64,000 nucleotides of DNA from an uncultured Gemmatimonadales bacterium. Lineage in GTDB: Bacteria; Gemmatimonadota; Gemmatimonadetes; Longimicrobiales; Longimicrobiaceae. Below are positions 54,623 to 64,000 of the stretch, piece by piece (the stretch's first letter is position 1; every line of letters begins with the position of its first letter). The DNA lies in the NCBI GenBank assembly GCA_963716255.1, contig OY970303.1:2304001-2368000 (forward strand). The letters run 5' to 3'. The notes under the pieces were generated by a model that did no database searches, had not been told where the DNA came from, and worked only from the letters and a program-made list of their open reading frames with translations. Made by a program: the position numbers and the translations under genes.

Positions 54623-55088
54623 CGTCAAGTACATACTTCCGAAACCAAATGCGCCACGGCACCTCATTCATCATCGGCACGGACCCCCCTGGCCTCATCC
54701 GTTGCATCATCGGAATGGCTTCTACCTTCCACTCCTTACCGTTTCGCTTGTCCGTCCACGTTCGTTCCATCTCGTTCCTCCTCGATCGGAGCCGAGGTGG
54801 GTGGGTGCCCTCCTCGGTTGCTGATTCACCACTTGTCTCATTGAGCAGCAACTTAGATCGAACCTGGCTTCGAGGAACATGATGATTTTGGAAGTAGACT
54901 TCGTAGGACACTTGTTGTGAGAGGTTGTGGACTGTCTCACCGCCAAGGGGGTTCGAACCTCGCCACCTTATTTCGTCTCCAAGATCCGGGGGATGATCAC
55001 CGAGCATCTCCATAATCGAGTAGCCCTCTTCTGTGGCAATCGCTACCATGCCGCGCATCGCATTCACACTTTCAACCCGGCCTCTCAC
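54600..55088 (-). CDS. Hypothetical beta-rich protein (first cassette gene), reading in frame into the split gene
   Basis: AGGAGG RBS and GTG at 55088; VRGRVESVNAMRGMVAIATEEGYSIMEMLGD...EVYFQNHHV. No stop before MERTW, so it now ends inside the IS1595 element. Confidence 0.55.
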   Translation of the reverse strand: MRGRVESVNAMRGMVAIATEEGYSIMEMLGDHPPDLGDEIRWRGSNPLGGETVHNLSQQVSYEVYFQNHHVPRSQVRSKLLLNETSGESATEEGTHPPRLRSRRNEMERTWTDKRNGKEWKVEAIPMMQRMRPGGSVPMMNEVPWRIWFRKYVLDENEPRPG

Positions 55089-55189
55089 AGAGCCCTCCTG
55101 GTTCTCTACACGTGGATGCTGGGGGCTTACCCTCTCGCTGGGTAAGGTCCAACTGCGGCTGCAGCGATGCTTGCCCAACGGCCTAACTA

Positions 55190-56180
55190 ACGCGATGTGC
55201 AGGTTTCGGTGAGAAGAGGTCCATGGCAGGGAACCGGCAGGACCAAGTGGTTGCGACGCCGCTTGATCCCTGTGCAGGAGCACCACCATGGACCTCGAGA
55301 CCTTCCTCACCGCCGTGTACTGCCTGACAGACGACTTCCTCGCGGGGCAGAAGCTACGCCAGCGGGGACCCCAGCCAACGCTCTGCGACAGCGAGGTGCT
55401 GACCATGGAGATCGCGGGCGAGTTCCTGGGGATCGACACCGATACAGGGCTCTTCCGCTACTTCCGCCGGCACCACGCGGTGCTGTTTCCGAAGCTGCAA
55501 ACCGTGCACCGCACCACCTTCACTCGCCAGGCGGCGAACCTCTGGGCCGTCAAGCGGGCCCTCTGGCAGCACCTTCTCGGCGTGGTGGAGCACGCCCCCT
55601 GGCTGGTGGTGCTGGACAGCTTGCCAGTGCCGGTCTGCCGCTTCGCCCGAGCGACCTTCTGCCAGCGCTTGCGGGACATCTCGGCTTACGGGCACGATCC
55701 CGTGGCCCGGCAGACTTTCTTCGGACTGCGCGCACACCTCAGGATCAGTTGGCCAGGCATCATCAGCGCGTTCGACCTGGCACCTGCCAACGTCGCTGAT
55801 TCGGTGATGGCACCCGAGATCCTGGACCGTGTCCAAGGGTGGGCACTTGGAGACCGGGCCTACTGGAGCCCACCTCTGCGCGAGGATCTCGCCGCGCGGG
55901 CCCTGCGGTTACTGGCGCCCTTCCGAAGCAAGAAGCACGAGAGGGAGCCCTGGCCGTTCTGGTTGTTGATCAAGCGGCGCCGAATCGAGACTGTCATCGC
56001 TCAGCTCGTCGAGCGCTTCCACCTGGCACGCGTCTGGGCACGAGACGGCTGGCATCTGTGCTCACGCATGCTCCGCAAGATCCTCAGCCACACCGTTGCT
56101 GTCCTGCTCTGCCAGTGTGCTGGATTAGCGCCTCTGCGCTTCGATGCGCTGCTCGATTCCTGAAAACCTGCACATCGCGT
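55190..56180 (+). mobile_element. IS982-family insertion sequence
   Basis: IRs ACGCGATGTGCAGGTTT and AAACCTGCACATCGCGT; 6-bp TSD TAACTA at 55184-55189 and 56181-56186; 991 bp. Confidence 0.93.
55288..56163 (+). CDS. IS982-family transposase
   Basis: LCDSEVLTM, VLDSLPVPVC, LGDRAY, RRRIETVIAQL; intact, 291 aa. Confidence 0.93.
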   Translation: MDLETFLTAVYCLTDDFLAGQKLRQRGPQPTLCDSEVLTMEIAGEFLGIDTDTGLFRYFRRHHAVLFPKLQTVHRTTFTRQAANLWAVKRALWQHLLGVVEHAPWLVVLDSLPVPVCRFARATFCQRLRDISAYGHDPVARQTFFGLRAHLRISWPGIISAFDLAPANVADSVMAPEILDRVQGWALGDRAYWSPPLREDLAARALRLLAPFRSKKHEREPWPFWLLIKRRRIETVIAQLVERFHLARVWARDGWHLCSRMLRKILSHTVAVLLCQCAGLAPLRFDALLDS

Positions 56181-56303
56181 TAACTATGTATTAAGTAGCC
56201 AGATTTCCATCTAACATATAACCCAGATTATGCCCAAGCTATTGCAAGCACAGCATTTCAGCGAAATAGCAGAGCTGCGAACCTGGCCAGATTTCCATCT
56301 AAC
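56181..56303 (-). other. attI-like region with two exact 18-bp direct repeats
   Basis: GCCAGATTTCCATCTAAC at 56198-56215 and 56286-56303 (minus-strand GTTAGAT = GTTRRRY). Lies between the intI 5' end and the cassettes; cores GTTAGGC/GTTGGGC lie at about 55173-55187 across IS982. Confidence 0.6.
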
Positions 56304-56426
56304 CCACCGTAGCTACGCGTTCTGGCGTCCGCCAACCTCCCTAATACCTAGTGCTTACCCTGCCGAAACCGGACAACTCGGATTCGGTCGCAATCTGTGT
56401 CCCGCCACACCCTCCCTGCAAGATGG

Positions 56427-56575
56427 ATGAGCCCACCCAAGCTACTAGACCAGGTCCACGAAGCATCGCACCTCCGGCGTTGCTCGGGCACAAGGACGTG
56501 CGCACCACCCTGATCTACACGCACGTGCTGAATCGCGGCGGCAGAGGTGTGCGGAGTCCGCTGGACGCTGCCTGA
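56427..56575 (+). pseudogene. intI: Integron integrase remnant (both termini, middle deleted)
   Basis: [18 protein letters not shown] (IntI N-terminal KLLDQV motif) joined out of frame to [31 protein letters not shown] (IntI C-terminus with catalytic Tyr). Confidence 0.88.
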
Positions 56576-56698
56576 CGCCGTCGCCGACGCGGAGACGGAC
56601 CGTGCGCTGCGCGTGCGGTGACACTCCACCGAGAAGCGAAGGCCCCGACACCGGCTCCGGCGTCGGGACCTCCCATCACGCCCGCGGCGCTCCGGATG

Positions 56699-56836
56699 CT
56701 ACCGCCGATAGAGCGAGTTGAAGAACGGCTTCAAGGCAAAGCGCAGGCTCCCCGCGCATCAAGATACTGGCAATCAACGGTTTACCACCGCACCCGACGC
56801 ATCTCCTGCGGACCAGCGCTACACGCGGCGTGACAA
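56699..56836. repeat. Diverged ~140-bp direct repeat, copy 2
   Basis: Matches 47522-47658 at offset 9177-9178. Confidence 0.8.
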
Positions 56837-57081
56837 ACAGGAATCTGCGACAACTCTCCTCTGATCGGCAGGAGAACATGCTCCGCCTTGCCAGAGATCC
56901 AAGGAGTTCCAATGTTGGAACTGTCACGAACGGAACTGCCAAGAGTGGAATTTGGGTTGTCCCATATGGAATCATAGATGAACAAGGAGGTCCGGCGGGT
57001 ACGGTCCGGGCACGTGTACCCAGTCGAGTCCGGAGAGCACTGGCTCCTGCCGCATTCTCCGGACCCGATCTCGAGCCGCTT

Positions 57082-60000
57082 TCAACCGATCGCGCGCTCC
57101 ACCTCCCGCGCCACCTTCTCCAGGTGCGGCTCGCGCACCATGCTGTAGTGCGTGCCGGGGACCGTCCGCACCTCCAGCCCGCCCCGCACCACCTTCTCCC
57201 AGCCGTAGGCCTTCTTGCCGAAGAGCCGGTCCATCACGCCGCGCTTGCCGGCGCGCAGCAGGGTGATGCGCCCGCCGTAGCTTTCCGGGCGATATTCGAG
57301 CAGGGCCATCAGGTTGATCCGGAAGATGCCGTACAGGTGCTGCATGCGTGCCAGGTCCAGGTCCTTGGGCAGCATCCCCGTGGCGCGGCCCGTCTCCAGT
57401 ATCTGGCGCAGGTACACCACCTCGCCCGACTCGTTTGCCTCCGGATCTGGAGCAGGCAGCCGGTCCGCCGGGAAGCCCAGGTCCTGTGCGAACATCTGCA
57501 CGACGCGGATCTCGTTGCCGGGCATGCTCTGGTCTGGCTCGTTCAGCCACGGCACCTGCGAGTCGATGAGCACAAGCGACTCCACCTCCTCGCCCGCGGC
57601 CTCCAGCTGCCGCGCCATCTCGAAGGCGACCACCCCGCCCATGGACCACCCGCCCAGCCGGTACGGACCCGTGGGCCGCACCGTGCGGATGGACGCCAGG
57701 TAGTCGCGCGCCATCTCCTCGATGGTCCAGTTGGGCTTCTCCCCCTGCTCGATCCCGCGCGAGCGCAGCCCGTACACCGGCTGGTCCTCGTCGAGCTGCT
57801 TGACCAGCCCGGAGTACGACATGAAGTTGCCGCCCACCGGGTGCACCAGGAAGAGCGGCGGGCGGCTCCCCTTGAAGCGCAGGGGGAACAGCAGCGGCAG
57901 CTCGCCCCCGCCGCTGCGCACCTCTTCGGCAAGGCGCTCCACGGTGGGAGACTTGAAGAGCACCGCCATGGGCAGACTCACCCCGGTGGCCTCCTTGAGC
58001 TTGGACATGATCTGCACCCCCAGCAGCGAGTGCCCGCCCAGCTCGAAGAAGTTGTCCTGGAGCCCCACCCCGGTGACGCCCAGCACCTCCTCGAAGAGCG
58101 CGGTGATGGTCTCCTCCAGGCCGTCGCGCGGGGCCTCGTACGCCTGCGTCCGCTCGATGGCGGTGCTTTCCGGCCGGGGGAGCGCGCGGCGGTCCACCTT
58201 GCCGCTGGCGTTCAGCGGCAGCCGCTTCAGCACCACGAAGGCGGACGGCACCATGTAGTCGGGCAGCCGCTCCGCCAGGCGTGCCCGCAGCTCCGCCTTC
58301 GAAAGCTCCGCTCCTTCCTCCGGGGCCACGTAGGCGACCAGGTGCCTGTCCCCCGGCGTATCTTCCCGTACCACCACGGCCGCCTCCCCCACCTGCGGCA
58401 GCCCCGAGAGCGCGGCCTCGACCTCCCCCGGCTCGATGCGGAAGCCGCGCACCTTGACCTGCGCGTCTATCCGCCCCAGGTACTCCAGCTCGCCTCCGGG
58501 CAGCCACCGTACCCGGTCCCCGCTGCGGTACATCCGGGCTCCCGCCTCGCCCGTGAACGGATCCGGCGCGAAGCGCTCGGCGGTCGTCTCCGGCCTTTCC
58601 AGGTAGCCGCGCGCGACCCCCGCACCCCCGATCCACAGCTCCCCCGGCACCCCGACCGGCGCGGGCTCCAGCGAAGGCTCCAGCACGTAGGTGCGCACGT
58701 TGGCCACCGGTCCCCCGATGGAGACCGTCCCCTCGCGGACGTGCGTCAACGTCGCCACGATGGTGGCCTCCGTCGGCCCATAGCCGTTGACCAGCCCGAC
58801 GGTGTCCCCCACGCATCTCCGCCACTGGGCCACCCGCGCCGGAAGCATCCGCTCGCCGCCGACCACGGCCAGCCGTACGCACCCGGGGAGGCGTGCCTCC
58901 CCGCGGTCCAGCGCCGCCACCAGCTCTTGCCAGTACGCCGTGGGCAGGTTCAGCACGCTGATGCCCCACTCCGCGCACCGTTCGAAGAAGCGTTCGGCGC
59001 TCCCCAGCATCTCCTCCGTGCGCGGCACCAGCGTCGCTCCGGCCAGCAGGGTGGGGTAGATCTCCTCCGCGCTCGTGTCGAAGCTCAGCGAGGCGAACTG
59101 GAGCACCCGGTCCGCGGGGACGATCCCGAAGAACTCGCGGGCCGCGTGCGCGTAGTTGGCGAGCGACCGGTGCACCACGCCCACGCCCTTGGGCTGTCCG
59201 GTGGAGCCGGAAGTGTAGATGACGTACGCCAGGCTTTCGGCCGGTGCCTCCACTCCGGGGTTCACCTCGCTCTCCCGCGCCACTTCCCCCCATCCGTCAT
59301 CCAGGCACAGCGTCGCGATCCCGGCATCGGCGCCAGCGAGGCGATCCACCAGGCTCGCCAGCGTCAGGAGCACCGACACCCGTGCGTCGGCGAGCATGTA
59401 GGCCAGGCGCTCGGCCGGGTAGGCGGGGTTCAGCGGCACGTAGGCGCCCCCGGCCTTGAGCACGCCCAGCAGCGCGACCACCGCCTCGGGCCCCTGGCCG
59501 AGGAGGAGGCCGACGCGCACCTCCGGCCCCACGCCACGGCGGCGCAGGGCGCGGGCAAGCTGGTTGGACCGGCGATCCAGCTGGGAGTAGGTGATCGCCT
59601 CGCCTCCGCAGCGCACCGCGACCGCATCGGGAGTGCGCACGGCCTGCCGTGCGAAGTGCTCGTGGACACCCCCCCCGGGCACCTCCGCGGCAGTGGCGTT
59701 CCACGCCTCCAGCACCTGCGCGCGCTCGTCGGCCGAGAGGAGCGGCACCTCCGCGAGGCGCCGGCCCGGGTCGTCCGCCATGCCCTGCAGCAGGGCCTCC
59801 AGGTGCCCGGCCATGCGTGCGATCGTGGCGGCCTCGAAGAGCGTGCGCCGGAAGAGGATCCCCCCGCCCAGCCCCTCTCCGCCGTCGTTGAAGACCAGGT
59901 CCAGGTCGAACTTGGCGGCGCCCTCGCCTCCGCCGAACGGCTCCAGGCGCAGCTCTCCCAGCTCCAGCTTCTCGCCGTGCTTGCCGCCGGTGTGGTTGAG

Positions 60001-63000
60001 GGTGAACAACGCCTGGAAGACCGGGGTGTGGGTGAGGCTGCGCTCCACCCCCAGCTCCTCCACCAGGCGGTCGAAGGGCAGCCCCTGATGGTCGTACGCA
60101 CCCAGCGTAGCTTCCCGCACCTGCCCCAGCAGCTCGGTCCAGGTGAGGTCCGCCGCCAGGCGGGCGCGCAGCGCAAGCATGTTGACGAAGAAGCCGATCA
60201 GCCCCTCCGTCTCGCGCCGGTTGCGCCCCGCGATGGGGGTGCCCACCACCACGTCGTCCTGCCCGGAGTAGCGGGCCAGCAGCGCCTGCCAGCCCGCCAG
60301 CAGCGTCATGAACAGCGTCGCCCCCTCGCGGCGCGACAGCTCCCGCAGCCGCTGCGAAAGCTCGGGCGACACGGTGAAGGGATGCCTGGCCGCGATGGGG
60401 CTCTGCCCCGCCCTGCGCGGCCGGTCCGTGGGGATCTCCAGCAGCGGCGGGGCGCCGGCCAGGCGCTCCCGCCAGAAGGCGAGCTGCGCTTCCAGCACGT
60501 CGCCGCTCAGCCACTCGCGTTGCCACACGGCGAAGTCGGCGTACTGCACCGGCAGCTCCGGGAGCTTGGGCGTCTCGCCCTCGCTGTAGGCGGCATACAT
60601 GGTGGAGACTTCGCGCACCAGCACCTGCATGCTCCACCCGTCGCTGACGACGTGGTGCATGTTGAAGAGGAGCACGTGGTCCTCCTCGTCCAGGCGCACC
60701 AGCGTGCCCCGCAGCAGCGGCCCACGCGCCAGGTCGAAGGGACGCATGGCCTCCGCGCCCGAGAGCCGCTTCGCCTCCGCCTGCCGCGCCTCCTCGGACA
60801 GCCCACGCAGGTCCACCATCGGCAGCGGGACCGGGGCGGCGGGACGGATCACCTGCACGGGCCTGCCGCCCTCCTCCGGGAAGACCGTCCGCAGAGACTC
60901 GTGCCGCCGCACCAGCGCGTCCAGGCTCGCCCGCAGCACCGGCAGGTCGAGCGCCCCCCGCAGCCGCAGCGGGGACGGCATGTTGTAGGCGGGGCTGTCC
61001 GGCTCGATCCGGTCCACCACCCACAGCCGCTGCTGCGCGAACGACAGCGGCAGCGCTGAGCCCTCGCGCGGCACCGGTACCATGGGCGGCGCCAGCTGGG
61101 TGCCCGTGCCGCGCAGCGCCTCGATCCGCCCGGCCAGCCCGGCCACGGTGGGCGCTTCGAACAGCGCCTTCAGCGGCACCTCCACCCCGAAGGCCGCACG
61201 CACCCGCGAGACCACCTGCGTGGCCAGCAGGCTGTGACCCCCCAGCTCGAAGAAGTTCTCGAGCGCCCCCACCCGCTCCACCCCCAGCACCTCCGCCCAG
61301 ATCCCCGCCAGCACCTCCTCGGTCGCCGTCCGCGGCGCAACGTACGCTGCGGCTTCCAGCCCCGGCGCAGGAAGCGCTCGCCGGTCCAGCTTGCCGTTTG
61401 CATTGAGCGGCAGGCGCTCCAGCACGATCAAGGCGGACGGGACCATGTAGTCCGGCAGACGCGTCGCCAGCCGCGCCCGAAGCTCCGCCGGAGCGACCTC
61501 CGTGCCCTCGGCGGGCACCAGGTACGCGACCAGCCTCTTCTGACCCGGGACGTCCTCCCGCACCATCACGAGCGCCTCACCGACCTCCCCCAGCCCGGAG
61601 AGCACCGCCTCCACCTCCCCCGGCTCGATGCGGAAGCCCCGGATCTTGACCTGCTGGTCCAAGCGCCCCAGGTACTCGACCTCGCCCGCGGCCGTCCAGC
61701 GCACCCGGTCTCCCGTCCGGTACAGCTGTCCCCCCGCCGCTCCGAACGGGTCCGGCACGAAGCGCTCGGCCGTCATCCCCGCCTGCCCCAGGTACCCACG
61801 CGCCAGCCCCGGCCCGCCGATGTACAGCTCCCCCGCAACCCCCACCGGCAGCGCCTCGCCCCCCGCGTCCAGCACGTACAGCGTCGTGTTGGCCAGCGGC
61901 CGCCCGATCGGCACCGTCCGCGCGCCGGCCTCCACGGGCCCCACCTCGTGCCACGCCGCGAACGTGGTCGTTTCCGTGGGGCCGTACCCGTTCAGAAGGC
62001 GCTGCGGTCCGCCCGCCTCCTGCACGCGCCGCATGCTCTGCGCGTCCACGGCCTCGCCCCCCACCAGCACGTGCCGGCAGGTGGCGAAGGCGTCCGGCTC
62101 CTCGTGCGCGATGCGGTTGAAGAGCGCCGCCGTCAGGAACATCGCCGTAGCCTGCCGCTGCCGCAGCTCGGCCGCGAAGGCGGCCGGCGAGAGCAGCACC
62201 TCGCGCTCGACGACCGCCAGCGAGCCGCCGTTCAGCAGCGCGCCCCAGAGCTCGAAGGTGGCCGCGTCGAAGGCCAGGTTGGAGACGTGCGCGATGCGCT
62301 CCTCCGGGCCGAAGGGCACGTAGTTCGTGTTTCGCACCAGGCGCACCACGGACCGGTGCTCCACGGCCACGCCCTTGGGCGCGCCGGTGGAGCCGGAGGT
62401 GTAGAGGACGTAGGCCAGCTGTCCGGGGTACGACGCGACCTGAGGCACGGACTCCGGCAGGGCCGTCAGTGCGTCGGCCGTGGCCGCGTCGTCCAGCCAC
62501 AGCGCTTCGACCCCGGCGGGGAGCTGCGCGCCCGCGGCGGCGTTGGTCAGCACCAGGGAGACGCCCGCGTCGGCGAAGACCTCGCGGAGGCGTTCCGTGG
62601 GGTTGGAGGGGGCCAGCGGCACGTAGGCGCCCCCGGCCTTGAGGATGCCCAGCATGGCCAGGACGGCGTCGATGCCGCGCTCCAGGCACATGCCCACACG
62701 GCTTTCGAGTCCGACCCCGCACTGCCGGAGCCGGTGCGCCAGCCGGTTGGCGGCCCGGTCCAGCTCCGCGTAGGTGAGCGAGGCATCCCCGAAGACGATC
62801 GCCACCGCGCCAGGCGTGCGGGCGGCCTGCTCGGCGAACAGCTCGTGGACGCAGGCCTGCGGGAGAGCGGCCGCGGTGGCGTTCCAGGCCTCCAGCACCT
62901 GGGTGCGCTCCGCCCCGCGCAGCAGCGACAGCTCCGAGAGGCGCCGCCGCGGGTCGGCCGCCATGGCCTCCAGCACCGCCTCCAGGTGCCAACCCATCCG

Positions 63001-64000
63001 CGCCATCGTGTCCGGCTGGAAGAGGGCCCGCTTGTAGACGAGCGTGCCGCCCAATCCCTCCCCGGTGTCGCCGAAGATCAGGTCCAGGTCGAACTTGGCG
63101 GCGCCCTCCGCTCCGCCGAACGGCCTCAGGGCCAGCTCTCCCAGCTCCAGCTGCTCGCCGCTCTCGCCGTCGAAGAGGTGGAGAGTGAAAATGGTCTGGA
63201 ACACCGGCGTGTGCGTGAGGCTGCGTTCCACTCCCAGCTCCTCCACCAGGCGCTCGAAGGGAAGGTCCTGGTGGTCGTACGCCCCCAGCGTCTCCTCCCG
63301 CACCTGTCCCAGCAGCTCGCTCCAGGTGGGGTCCGCCCCAAGGCGGGCGCGCAGGGCCAGCATGTTTACGAAGAAGCCGATCAGCCCCTCCGTCTCGCGC
63401 CGGTTGCGCCCCGCGATGGGAGTGCCCACCACCACGTCGTCCTGCCCCGCGTAGCGGGCCAGCAGCGCCTGCCAGCCGGCCAGCAGCGTCATGAACAGCG
63501 TCGCCCCCTCGCGCCGCCCGAGCTCCCGCAGCCGCTGCGAAAGCTCGGGCGACAGCGTGAAACGGTGCGTCGCCGCGAGGGGGCTCTGCCCCGCCCTGCG
63601 CGGCCGGTCCGTGGGGATCTCCAGCAGCGGCGGGGCGTCGGACAGGCGCTCCCGCCAGTAGCCGATCTGCGATTCCAGCACCTCGCCGCTGAGCCACTCG
63701 CGCTGCCACACGGCGAAGTCGCCGTACTGCACCGGCAGCTCGGGGAGCCCGGGCGCCTCGCCCCGGCTGAAGGCGGCGTAGAAGACCGAGACCTCGCGCA
63801 CCAGCACCTGCATGCTCCAGCCGTCGCTGACGATGTGGTGCATGTTGAAGAGGAGCACGTGGTCCTCCTCGTCCAGGCGCACCAGCGTGGCGCGCAGCAG
63901 CGGGCCGCGCGCCAGGTCGAACGGACGCATCGCCTCCGCGCCCGAGAGCCGCTTCGCCTCCGGCTGCCGCGCCGCCTCGGGCAGGCCCCGCAGGTCCACC
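57082..64000 (-). CDS. NRPS gene E, 5' end outside window: ...C-A-T-C-A-T-TE
   Basis: HHIVSDGWS and HHVVSDGWS C domains; A codes DAFFLGGTFK (Val/Ile-like) and DTENVGGIVK (unassigned); TE GWSMGG...GTHYSM. Confidence 0.95.
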   Translation of the reverse strand, partial: VDLRGLPEAARQPEAKRLSGAEAMRPFDLARGPLLRATLVRLDEEDHVLLFNMHHIVSDGWSMQVLVREVSVFYAAFSRGEAPGLPELPVQYGDFAVWQREWLSGEVLESQIGYWRERLSDAPPLLEIPTDRPRRAGQSPLAATHRFTLSPELSQRLRELGRREGATLFMTLLAGWQALLARYAGQDDVVVGTPIAGRNRRETEGLIGFFVNMLALRARLGADPTWSELLGQVREETLGAYDHQDLPFERLVEELGVERSLTHTPVFQTIFTLHLFDGESGEQLELGELALRPFGGAEGAAKFDLDLIFGDTGEGLGGTLVYKRALFQPDTMARMGWHLEAVLEAMAADPRRRLSELSLLRGAERTQVLEAWNATAAALPQACVHELFAEQAARTPGAVAIVFGDASLTYAELDRAANRLAHRLRQCGVGLESRVGMCLERGIDAVLAMLGILKAGGAYVPLAPSNPTERLREVFADAGVSLVLTNAAAGAQLPAGVEALWLDDAATADALTALPESVPQVASYPGQLAYVLYTSGSTGAPKGVAVEHRSVVRLVRNTNYVPFGPEERIAHVSNLAFDAATFELWGALLNGGSLAVVEREVLLSPAAFAAELRQRQATAMFLTAALFNRIAHEEPDAFATCRHVLVGGEAVDAQSMRRVQEAGGPQRLLNGYGPTETTTFAAWHEVGPVEAGARTVPIGRPLANTTLYVLDAGGEALPVGVAGELYIGGPGLARGYLGQAGMTAERFVPDPFGAAGGQLYRTGDRVRWTAAGEVEYLGRLDQQVKIRGFRIEPGEVEAVLSGLGEVGEALVMVREDVPGQKRLVAYLVPAEGTEVAPAELRARLATRLPDYMVPSALIVLERLPLNANGKLDRRALPAPGLEAAAYVAPRTATEEVLAGIWAEVLGVERVGALENFFELGGHSLLATQVVSRVRAAFGVEVPLKALFEAPTVAGLAGRIEALRGTGTQLAPPMVPVPREGSALPLSFAQQRLWVVDRIEPDSPAYNMPSPLRLRGALDLPVLRASLDALVRRHESLRTVFPEEGGRPVQVIRPAAPVPLPMVDLRGLSEEARQAEAKRLSGAEAMRPFDLARGPLLRGTLVRLDEEDHVLLFNMHHVVSDGWSMQVLVREVSTMYAAYSEGETPKLPELPVQYADFAVWQREWLSGDVLEAQLAFWRERLAGAPPLLEIPTDRPRRAGQSPIAARHPFTVSPELSQRLRELSRREGATLFMTLLAGWQALLARYSGQDDVVVGTPIAGRNRRETEGLIGFFVNMLALRARLAADLTWTELLGQVREATLGAYDHQGLPFDRLVEELGVERSLTHTPVFQALFTLNHTGGKHGEKLELGELRLEPFGGGEGAAKFDLDLVFNDGGEGLGGGILFRRTLFEAATIARMAGHLEALLQGMADDPGRRLAEVPLLSADERAQVLEAWNATAAEVPGGGVHEHFARQAVRTPDAVAVRCGGEAITYSQLDRRSNQLARALRRRGVGPEVRVGLLLGQGPEAVVALLGVLKAGGAYVPLNPAYPAERLAYMLADARVSVLLTLASLVDRLAGADAGIATLCLDDGWGEVARESEVNPGVEAPAESLAYVIYTSGSTGQPKGVGVVHRSLANYAHAAREFFGIVPADRVLQFASLSFDTSAEEIYPTLLAGATLVPRTEEMLGSAERFFERCAEWGISVLNLPTAYWQELVAALDRGEARLPGCVRLAVVGGERMLPARVAQWRRCVGDTVGLVNGYGPTEATIVATLTHVREGTVSIGGPVANVRTYVLEPSLEPAPVGVPGELWIGGAGVARGYLERPETTAERFAPDPFTGEAGARMYRSGDRVRWLPGGELEYLGRIDAQVKVRGFRIEPGEVEAALSGLPQVGEAAVVVREDTPGDRHLVAYVAPEEGAELSKAELRARLAERLPDYMVPSAFVVLKRLPLNASGKVDRRALPRPESTAIERTQAYEAPRDGLEETITALFEEVLGVTGVGLQDNFFELGGHSLLGVQIMSKLKEATGVSLPMAVLFKSPTVERLAEEVRSGGGELPLLFPLRFKGSRPPLFLVHPVGGNFMSYSGLVKQLDEDQPVYGLRSRGIEQGEKPNWTIEEMARDYLASIRTVRPTGPYRLGGWSMGGVVAFEMARQLEAAGEEVESLVLIDSQVPWLNEPDQSMPGNEIRVVQMFAQDLGFPADRLPAPDPEANESGEVVYLRQILETGRATGMLPKDLDLARMQHLYGIFRINLMALLEYRPESYGGRITLLRAGKRGVMDRLFGKKAYGWEKVVRGGLEVRTVPGTHYSMVREPHLEKVAREVERAIG

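Larger units (their letters stand above)
49833..54641 (+). mobile_element. IS1595-family transposon with passenger genes (ISNha5-like), 4809 bp
   Basis: Perfect 22-bp IRs CGGAAGTATGTACTTGACGAAA (49833-49854) and TTTCGTCAAGTACATACTTCCG (54620-54641); 8-bp TSD AAACCAAA at 49825-49832 and 54642-54649; internal IS1595 transposase. Confidence 0.93.
49711..54770 (-). pseudogene. Small ~80-aa cassette gene split by the IS1595 element (parts 54770-54642 and 49824-49711)
   Basis: Removing the element plus one TSD gives MERTWTDKRNGKEWKVEAIPMMQRMRPGGSVPMMNEVPWRIWF-RATDESHETRVEAEFAMRLATAADQELQMLLDTAKRR*, with GGAGG before the ATG. Confidence 0.8.

Noticed and set aside
55089..55439. N-terminal part of ORF 54600-55439
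   Set aside because: Runs antisense through IS982 and the att region; the plausible start is GTG 55088.
56198..56303. 18-bp direct repeats as a CRISPR array
   Set aside because: Only two short copies, a 70-bp gap and no cas genes; the attI context explains them better.

Overview
High-GC bacterial DNA (Longimicrobium/Gemmatimonadota-like by gene style; inference only). About 50 kb is five minus-strand NRPS genes. Gene B (<1-9318) is partial. Gene A (9500-25129) starts with a KS-less AT-ACP didomain and has an N-methylating Gly module. Gene D (26870-31945) ends in tandem TE-TE. Gene C (31942-44841) is upstream of D. Gene E (57082->64000) is partial and ends in a single TE. The genes share near-identical duplicated A-T blocks and carry dual E/C domains. 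An IS630 sits between A and D. A deleted SyrP/TauD pseudogene and a DAO/sarcosine-oxidase-like gene follow gene C. An accessory island (about 47.5-56.8 kb) is a decayed integron: intI with a large internal deletion, an attI-like region hit by IS982, one intact attC, and one collapsed attC-like site hit by IS630. A 4.8-kb cargo-carrying IS1595-family transposon (49833-54641; 22-bp perfect IRs, 8-bp TSD) has split a cassette gene in this island. Its cargo is a secreted six-Cys defensin-like peptide, an HTH-ImmA/IrrE + PIN pair, and a divergent gene pair sharing an unrecognised ~45-aa domain. All calls were made by eye; no searches were run.
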